This document shows, in pieces, positions 57,803 to 64,000 of a stretch of DNA of 64,000 bases. Position numbers and translations under genes: made by a program. Under the pieces are notes generated by a model. The model did no database searches and was not told where the DNA came from. It worked only from the letters and a program-made list of their open reading frames with translations. Positions within the stretch are counted from its first letter, which is position 1. Each line of letters starts with the position of its first letter. Source of the DNA: an uncultured Candidatus Saccharibacteria bacterium (GTDB lineage: Bacteria; Patescibacteriota; Minisyncoccia; Phycocordibacterales; UBA1006); the NCBI GenBank assembly GCA_964464735.1, contig CAYXKF010000002.1, forward strand, positions 3,833 to 67,832. Reading direction: 5' to 3'.

Positions 57803-59071
57803 TTACGCGCTGATGATTTTTGACAGTACATCGGCATCGCTAAAGCGCCCAATCATGGCCACGTTGGCACGGCTTGGCATAAAAATCGCCTTGGCTACCT
57901 TTTGCACCTGTCGTGCAGTCATTTTTTGGATCATCTTTTCACGTTCTTTAGGCGAAAGTAGTTTTGATTTTACAATCTCACTAAAGCCATAAAAATCAGC
58001 CCATGCATCAGTAGTTTCCAGGCCCAGGTACATATTGCCGATAAGATATTCTTTTACTTTTTTCAGTTCGTCGTCGGTCATTGGTTCGTTTACCAGTCGC
58101 ATGCATTCTTCATGTATTGCTGCCACAGTCTCGACGACACGGTCATTTGCGACACCGACGCCGATTTTTAAAATCCCATGGTCGGTATAGGTATCGTTAT
58201 AGGCGTAGACATAGTAGCCCAATCCCATCCGCTCGCGGATACGGTCAAAAAGCCGACTTGACATCCCCCCACCCAAGACCGTTGCCATAAATGACGCAGC
58301 GAACGACTGCGCATGCTTTTTCTTAAACGTGCGGTATCCCAACATAATGTGCGTTTGGTCAGTTTCTTTAAACACTGCACGCACGGCAGGCGCAGTTTGC
58401 GAATCGTCAACGGCAGGCTTTGGGTGTTTTTTTGAAGTAGCTATCGGCGCAAACGCTTTTTGGATATCGCGCACCGTTTTTGCGGCAGGCATATTCCCCG
58501 CCACCACGACGAGCGTTCCGGCCGCAACGTAGTGTTCGTTATGGTATTGCTTGATCATGTCCTGCGAAATCATGCGAATATTCTCGCGCGTTCCCAAGAT
58601 CATTTTGCCCGCCGGCTGTTCGCCGTAGACTAGTTGCATTAAAATATCATCAACCTTTTTCTGCGGATGGTCTTCGTACATGTTGATCTCGTCTAAAATG
58701 ACGCCGCGCTCGCGGTTAAGTTCGTCTTGCGGAAATGTCGAGTGCAAGTAAATGTCCGAAATAATCTCGACTATTTTTTCGTAATGTTTAGTCGCACCCT
58801 TGATATAGTAACCAGTATATTCGTGGCCAGTAAACGCGTTGTACTGCACACCAAGCGCATCAAGTTCATGCGTAATATGCTGCGGCGTCGGGCGCTTGGT
58901 TGTTCCCTTAAAACACATGTGTTCCAAAAAGTGCGAGATGCCGTTATTTTCGGGAACCTCGTACTTTGACCCAGCCGCGACAAGTACCATGACGGTTACT
59001 GTTTGAGCGTCTTTGATGGGAACGGTCAGAATGCGCAATTTGTTTTTAAGTGTCTTAAGATTGTATCTCAT
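57803..59071 (-). CDS. M16-family zinc peptidase (insulinase-like)
   Basis: Inverted zinc motif 'HFLEHMCFKGT' and an M16 inactive C-terminal half. Confidence 0.8.
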   Translation of the reverse strand: MRYNLKTLKNKLRILTVPIKDAQTVTVMVLVAAGSKYEVPENNGISHFLEHMCFKGTTKRPTPQHITHELDALGVQYNAFTGHEYTGYYIKGATKHYEKIVEIISDIYLHSTFPQDELNRERGVILDEINMYEDHPQKKVDDILMQLVYGEQPAGKMILGTRENIRMISQDMIKQYHNEHYVAAGTLVVVAGNMPAAKTVRDIQKAFAPIATSKKHPKPAVDDSQTAPAVRAVFKETDQTHIMLGYRTFKKKHAQSFAASFMATVLGGGMSSRLFDRIRERMGLGYYVYAYNDTYTDHGILKIGVGVANDRVVETVAAIHEECMRLVNEPMTDDELKKVKEYLIGNMYLGLETTDAWADFYGFSEIVKSKLLSPKEREKMIQKMTARQVQKVAKAIFMPSRANVAMIGRFSDADVLSKIISA

Positions 59072-59195
59072 GTTGGCAATTGTACACGAAATATTTTCCG
59101 CTTCAATTTGAGTGAAGAGATATTGACAATTTCTATAGTATATATTATTGTTTTATAGAATTTTCACACTAAACCACATTTAAAACATAAGCGTT

Positions 59196-60290
59196 ATGAA
59201 ACAACTTAAAACCCTAATCGTGTTTGCCATATCGGCACTTTTCTTTTTTACCGCACAGGCTCAAGCCCCACAAAAAATGAACTACCAAACCGTAGTACGT
59301 GACGCTGCTGGCAATGAACTTTCAAACACTGCCATTAATATTCAATTTATTATCCACGACAGCGTACCAGCAGGTCCTACTGCTTTTAGTGAAACCCAAT
59401 ATGGTCTTACCACTAATCAGTTAGGACTATTAAATACCCAGATCGGCCGCAATAGCGGAAACCTTGCTGCCGTAAATTGGGGTAAGGGCGAAAAATATTT
59501 ACAGGTAAAAGTTGATATAAATAACAACGGTACTTTTATTGATATGGGCACAACCCAACTAATAAGTGTGGCGTATGCTTTGTATGCAGCCAATAGTCCA
59601 CCTGGCGCAACTGGTCCAACCGGACCAATAGGAGCCCAAGGCATTGTCGGCCCAACTGGACCTATCGGTTCAGGAGGCGGAGCGACTGGTGCAACGGGGG
59701 CCACAGGAGCTGATGGTGTTGGCATCGCTGGTATTACATATGCAAACGGAGCTTTATCAATTACCCTCACCAATGGAATAATAAATTCTTTTCCCATTAC
59801 AGGCATTGTTGGACCAACTGGTCCTCCAGGAATTCCTGGCCCAACTGGACCAACCGGCAATACAGGCCCTAAAGGTGAAGGAATGGACTCTGTTGTCCAT
59901 GAATTTACTCCTGCCGAAATGCAGCAGTTGGCCTTAGGTAATGGAATAGACCTACTTCCTGCCCTACCAGATAGCGGCAAATATTTTATCATCGGTGCCT
60001 TTGTTAAAATTGAAGGCGGGCAAATTCCTTTCTTGCCATTCTATGCACCTGCATATGGATGGAAACTCGGAGCTGGTCCTGACGCTCAAAACAATTACAC
60101 GTTTTACAGCGGCGAATTCGCAGACGGAAATGCACCTGAAAAACATATTGACCTAACCCAAAATAGCAATACCGGCGCCTGTACAGACCCCGGTCAAGCT
60201 ATGAGATTCTGGATTAGCTACTTCAACCCAGGAAATTTTACTGGAAAAATAAAAGTAAAAGTATATTACAGAGCTTCTGCAAAGATGTAA
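59196..60290 (+). CDS. secreted collagen-like (Gly-X-Y triplet repeat) protein with globular N- and C-terminal domains
   Basis: Signal peptide 'AISALFFFTAQAQA-PQ'. Two G-X-Y runs (PPGATGPTGPIGAQGIVGPTGPIGSGGGATGATGATGADGVGIAG; GIVGPTGPPGIPGPTGPTGNTGPKGEG). Confidence 0.7.
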   Translation: MKQLKTLIVFAISALFFFTAQAQAPQKMNYQTVVRDAAGNELSNTAINIQFIIHDSVPAGPTAFSETQYGLTTNQLGLLNTQIGRNSGNLAAVNWGKGEKYLQVKVDINNNGTFIDMGTTQLISVAYALYAANSPPGATGPTGPIGAQGIVGPTGPIGSGGGATGATGATGADGVGIAGITYANGALSITLTNGIINSFPITGIVGPTGPPGIPGPTGPTGNTGPKGEGMDSVVHEFTPAEMQQLALGNGIDLLPALPDSGKYFIIGAFVKIEGGQIPFLPFYAPAYGWKLGAGPDAQNNYTFYSGEFADGNAPEKHIDLTQNSNTGACTDPGQAMRFWISYFNPGNFTGKIKVKVYYRASAKM

Positions 60291-60311
60291 CATTTTGAAT
60301 TAATGAAAACG

Positions 60312-60343
60312 AAAAGCCTCGCGCAAAGCGAGGCTTTTTTGTT
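60312..60343 (+). terminator. rho-independent terminator
   Basis: aagcctcgc-gcaaa-gcgaggctt followed by ttttttgttt. Confidence 0.75.
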
Positions 60344-60364
60344 TATAAATTTTAGACGTAAAGA

Positions 60365-62314
60365 TTATTTCTGCAGTTCAGAAATAGTGATCGGCCCAAC
60401 GACTCCGTCTACTTTTATATTGCGCGATAATTGAAACGCCTTTGTTGCAGCATCGGTCATGCGGCCAAAGATGCTGTCTTCAACTAAACCGGCTTTCATT
60501 TTGCAGTTAAGGATTTTTTGAAGTACCAAAACCCCCGCACCACGGTCTCCTATTTTTGTAAGTTTGCCCTGCAATTCGGCAACACCAGCCGGACAGGTTT
60601 CTTGTGTCGAAGGAGTCTGAACTACCGGCGTTGGCGTTACGCCTGTTGCATAGGTACAGCGCGATGGGTCGTCCCGGCCACTGTCGTCGTAATTAGTCGC
60701 ACGCGGATCATGGCAACGACGCGCTACCCCTCCACCCGAGCTACCACCCGAGCGCGGTGGCGTTGGTGAACTTTCGGATACATCAGTAACTGTAATAGTA
60801 AAATCTTCGTCGTACGTACCCGCAGAACCATCGGTTACGCGAACACAAATGCCATAGCTTGTTTTGGTTTCGTAGTCTAAAGCAGTTGCTGTTTTTAAAC
60901 TGGTTCCCGTAATACTAAACGAAGCATCGTCCGCACCTGGTGTAGTACAAGCAAGGCTAAATGTTGCACTATCGCCCACATCAGCATCAGTTGCTGACAA
61001 AGTTCCTACCGTTGAACCTGATGCCTGATCTTCGGCAATGCTTGATGCTGAAAGTTCAATATCGGTCGGATCCGCGTTTACCGGAGCAAGATTAAATACC
61101 ATAACACGGTTGTTCCCTTCATCGCTTACGAACAAGTAATCATTGTTAGTGTCATAGGCAACCCCCTCCATACTTGAAGCAAATCCTTTCTGGCTTGGCA
61201 GTACTGTAAATCCGCCACGGCCATCGCTTACCAATGTTCCACCATAGTTTCCATCTTGCGAGGTAAAATTTGGCTGACCTAATACTGCAATGGCATTTTC
61301 ACCATCGGTAATACCATTAGAAAGGTCGAATGCCACTACACGAATATTGCCGTCCTCTGACACAAACAACCGCTCATTGTTGGGGTCCCAAGATACATCC
61401 TGGGGATAGTTAAGACTGTTTTGATCAGTAGCCAAACTGTCCGAACTAAAATCAGGTTGCCCCAAAACATGGATTGCACTTTCATTGTTGGTTACCGCTG
61501 CAATATCAAAAACCAGCACGCGATGCGCGCCGTTTGCATCGGCTACATACAAAAGACTATTCAATTCATCAACTGCGACACCAAGCGGATCGCCTACAGT
61601 ATTAGCGTCAATCGGCAAATCGATTCCGTCAGTGAAGTTCGCCTGGCCAAGCACATGCGCAGCATCCATGCCGTTGGTGATTCCCGCCGAAAGGTCATAT
61701 ACCATGATGCGGGCAGCCGCCTGATCGGCGACATATAAAAAATCTGTGCCCACGTCATACGCAACATCACGCGGACTGTTCAATGTATCTTGATCTACTG
61801 TCGCCGTACTTGAAGTATAATCTTCTTGCCCTAACACATGAATTGCGTTTTCGCCGTTTGTGATCGAAGCGACGTCAAATACCAGGACACGGTTCCCATT
61901 GTAATCAGCAGCAAACAAGTAATTATGATTAGGATCGTACGCCAATCCGTATACGCTAGAGAACTTATCTTGCGCGACCGCACGTGAATCATCTGTCATG
62001 GTTGCTTGTCCCAACACAGCCGAAGCGCTCATCCCGTTTGTAATACCTCCTGAAACGTTAAAAACCAAAATACGGCCGCTTGCCGAGTCGGCAACAAACA
62101 ACCGATCGTGATCAGCATCATAAGCAACACCTTGTGGGTTTCCACCAAGTTTGCTTGCTGTTGTCGAAGCCGAATTTGTTTCAAAGTCCGGCTGGCCCAA
62201 TACAAACGCAGCATCCATGCCGCTTGAAAGATTTTCGGCAAACACTGGAACCACAAATAGCGCAACCAACGTGATAATCGTTATATATTTTAATGTGCTA
62301 AAAAATCGTTTCAT
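60365..62314 (-). CDS. secreted protein: NHL-repeat beta-propeller + cadherin-like domain + C-terminal peptidoglycan-binding domain
   Basis: Signal peptide; six 'LF/YVAD...R(V/I)(L/M)VF(D/N)' NHL blades; 'LSATDADVGDSATFSL'; C-terminal 'GVLVLQKILNCKMKAGLVEDSIFGRMTDAATKAFQ' PG_binding_1-like. ATG at 62314 chosen. Confidence 0.6.
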   Translation of the reverse strand: MKRFFSTLKYITIITLVALFVVPVFAENLSSGMDAAFVLGQPDFETNSASTTASKLGGNPQGVAYDADHDRLFVADSASGRILVFNVSGGITNGMSASAVLGQATMTDDSRAVAQDKFSSVYGLAYDPNHNYLFAADYNGNRVLVFDVASITNGENAIHVLGQEDYTSSTATVDQDTLNSPRDVAYDVGTDFLYVADQAAARIMVYDLSAGITNGMDAAHVLGQANFTDGIDLPIDANTVGDPLGVAVDELNSLLYVADANGAHRVLVFDIAAVTNNESAIHVLGQPDFSSDSLATDQNSLNYPQDVSWDPNNERLFVSEDGNIRVVAFDLSNGITDGENAIAVLGQPNFTSQDGNYGGTLVSDGRGGFTVLPSQKGFASSMEGVAYDTNNDYLFVSDEGNNRVMVFNLAPVNADPTDIELSASSIAEDQASGSTVGTLSATDADVGDSATFSLACTTPGADDASFSITGTSLKTATALDYETKTSYGICVRVTDGSAGTYDEDFTITVTDVSESSPTPPRSGGSSGGGVARRCHDPRATNYDDSGRDDPSRCTYATGVTPTPVVQTPSTQETCPAGVAELQGKLTKIGDRGAGVLVLQKILNCKMKAGLVEDSIFGRMTDAATKAFQLSRNIKVDGVVGPITISELQK

Positions 62315-62369
62315 ACGAACCGAGTATAGCATCTTAGGATGGTTTTTCAAAAGGTATTAAAAAAAGTTA

Positions 62370-62930
62370 CTAGGCTGATTGCTCCATTATAAGCATGTCG
62401 TACCCCTTCTTTGTTTCATGCTCTTTTAAAACACCGAGTGAAAATAAAAACTCTTCCAGTTCAATGCGTACCACGTTTTCATCTTCAGATGACATCTTTT
62501 CAACTTCAATAAATTCTCCAAGCCCTTCAATATGATCGATACAGATTTCAAAATTCTGATAGTGCCCTACCTGACGCGTCTTCTTTAGACGATTGGCCTG
62601 CTGGTACCCCATCACCATAAGCGCCTGCATCATCGCATTACCATTATCAATTGCGGTTTCATATTCGGTTTTAGTAAGTTCGTTGCCCATCTGCATTTTT
62701 ACTGTAAACAAAAAAGTACCGTCGTTTTTCTCACGGATGCGGATGAAATATTCGTTTTTTAAGTAGTTAGCATACGGAGCAACCACTTTTGCAAATACTG
62801 TATCAGTTTGAATAACTGGCTCTGAAAATTCACACCCCAGTTCGGCAAGTTTTTGTAAAACTGCTGGTTTGTTTTTTAAGTATGCTTTTATTTCGATTTC
62901 TTTCATAATCATTTTTGATGCTTGATCCAA
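62370..62930 (-). CDS. CYTH-domain protein (triphosphate tunnel metalloenzyme / class IV adenylate cyclase-like)
   Basis: N-terminal 'EIEIKAYL' ExExK signature; 180-aa size; the start may be the internal ATG at about 62906-62912. Confidence 0.6.
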   Translation of the reverse strand: MDQASKMIMKEIEIKAYLKNKPAVLQKLAELGCEFSEPVIQTDTVFAKVVAPYANYLKNEYFIRIREKNDGTFLFTVKMQMGNELTKTEYETAIDNGNAMMQALMVMGYQQANRLKKTRQVGHYQNFEICIDHIEGLGEFIEVEKMSSEDENVVRIELEEFLFSLGVLKEHETKKGYDMLIMEQSA

Positions 62931-63172
62931 AAGTTTTTTACAAACTTCAAGGTAAATGTCGAGATTAAAAATCCAATTGCCGGCACCAGCGCATTAATAA
63001 ACGGATGTGGCAGGTGTGCCACCAGAAAGAAAAGCACTACGACAACATAGGTAATCACCGAAAGCCACACCTTTCGCGCAAGGCTTATCTCCCACGCTTT
63101 ATCAAGTTCGACACGAGCATTGCGAGCCTTGATCTCGGCTAATTCTTTTTGCAGAGACTCAAACTCGCTCAT
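62909..63172 (-). CDS. small membrane protein (2 TM) with N-terminal coiled-coil
   Basis: 87 aa. Confidence 0.3.
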   Translation of the reverse strand: MSEFESLQKELAEIKARNARVELDKAWEISLARKVWLSVITYVVVVLFFLVAHLPHPFINALVPAIGFLISTFTLKFVKNFWIKHQK

Positions 63173-63173
63173 A

Positions 63174-64000
63174 CTATTTTACTTTCTGAATCAGATCAGA
63201 AATTTTTACACGTTCTTGCTCGCCGCTATCGCGATGGCGGATAGTTACCGTATCAACGAGTTCTGGATTTTCGCCCAATGTATCAAAATCTACAACAATA
63301 CAATAAGGAGTACCAATTTCATCTTGCCGTCGGTAGCGCTTGCCGATGTTTCCGTTGTCATCAAATTCGCATGTTACATGCTTGCGAAGTTCTTCGTAGA
63401 CAGACCGTGCTTTGGCAACCAGTTCGGGCTTATTTTTTAACAGCGGAAAGACCGCGCATTTAATAGGCGCAATGCTTGGGTGCAGTTTCAAAAATACGCG
63501 CGTTTCGCCGTCGGCGGCTGCCTCTTCGGTATAGGCGTGATCCAAAAACATAAGCATCGTTCGCGCCAATCCGGCTGACGTTTCGACAATGTGCGGAACA
63601 AAACGCTCTTTGGTGTCTTGATCAAAATAATCAAGCGCAACACCCGAGAATTTTGCATGCTGCGATAAATCCCAATCACCTCGCGCATGAAAACCTTCGA
63701 CTTCGTCGAATTTTCCCAGCGATTCAAAATGATATTTGATGTCGTAGGCTTCGGTCGCATAGTGCGCAAGCTTATCGTGCTTTGACCACTGCAGTTTTTC
63801 GGCTGGAATGCCATGGTCTAAATACCATTGATAGCGGTAGTCTTGCCACATCTTGTAGAGTACGCTTGTTTGCGATGGATGATGAAAATACTGCATTTCC
63901 ATTTGTTCAAATTCGCGAGTACGAAAGATGAATTGGCGCGCTGCAATTTCGTTTCGAAACGCCTTACCAACCTGCGCGATACCAAATGGCAACGACGGAT
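63174..64000 (-). CDS. glyQS: glycine--tRNA ligase (alpha2 GlyQS type), C-terminal part; 5' end lies beyond the window
   Basis: 'PFGIAQVGKAFRNEIAARQFIFRTREFEQMEMQYF' class-II motif 2/3 region and a C-terminal anticodon-binding domain. The reading frame is still open at position 64000. Confidence 0.8.
   Translation of the reverse strand, partial: PSLPFGIAQVGKAFRNEIAARQFIFRTREFEQMEMQYFHHPSQTSVLYKMWQDYRYQWYLDHGIPAEKLQWSKHDKLAHYATEAYDIKYHFESLGKFDEVEGFHARGDWDLSQHAKFSGVALDYFDQDTKERFVPHIVETSAGLARTMLMFLDHAYTEEAAADGETRVFLKLHPSIAPIKCAVFPLLKNKPELVAKARSVYEELRKHVTCEFDDNGNIGKRYRRQDEIGTPYCIVVDFDTLGENPELVDTVTIRHRDSGEQERVKISDLIQKVK

Noticed and set aside
59417-59992. 191-aa minus-strand ORF
   Set aside because: It is antisense to the collagen-like G-X-Y region. 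GGN/NCC periodicity keeps the opposite strand open.

Overview
This 64 kb window reads like a gene-dense, small-genome bacterium, probably a Candidate Phyla Radiation / Parcubacteria-like lineage. The case for that is inferred: a fragmented ribosomal-protein gene order, no L9 gene after S6-ssb-S18, many membrane-anchored secreted proteins, and a ComEC split across two genes. About 90% of the window is coding, and from 0 to 44 kb nearly every gene is on the minus strand.

Recognisable core genes:
- an unusual ribosomal block, S19-L22-S3-L16-L29-S17-L14-L24-L5 running directly into S12-S7
- rplJ-rplL and rpsF-ssb-rpsR-efp
- ndk, cmk, gap, rpiB, recJ, rnhA, ftsK, recA, metG, a partial glyQS, tRNA-Asn(GTT), a TatD nuclease, an M16 peptidase, a histidine kinase and transporters

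The most striking accessory feature is a tightly packed seven-gene minus-strand operon of about 12.5 kb (13702..26202). It begins with the membrane-channel half of ComEC. It continues with a 2064-aa repeat-rich surface protein and a 351-aa protein sharing the giant's C-terminal domain. It ends with a protein anchored by a C-terminal TM, a secreted dockerin protein containing a 14-Gly tract, and two membrane-anchored cohesin-like proteins. The matching ComEC metallo-beta-lactamase domain is a separate gene 12 kb away, beside the ribosomal cluster.

A second accessory stretch (34.0-43.8 kb) holds a soluble 914-aa VirB4/VirD4/HerA-type P-loop ATPase, a Cys-rich secreted protein, two large secreted proteins with peptidoglycan-binding modules, a DUF3761-like protein, long non-coding spacers and a protein with a C-terminal DeoR-type HTH.

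Smaller curiosities include an RNase HI with a hybrid-binding-domain-like module on the wrong (C-terminal) end, a cupredoxin-fold protein lacking the copper-ligand Cys, a collagen-like secreted protein, and an NHL-propeller protein with a peptidoglycan-binding tail. No CRISPR array, rRNA gene or obvious transposase is visible.

The ORF track evidently allows TTG/GTG starts, so 5' ends are approximate.
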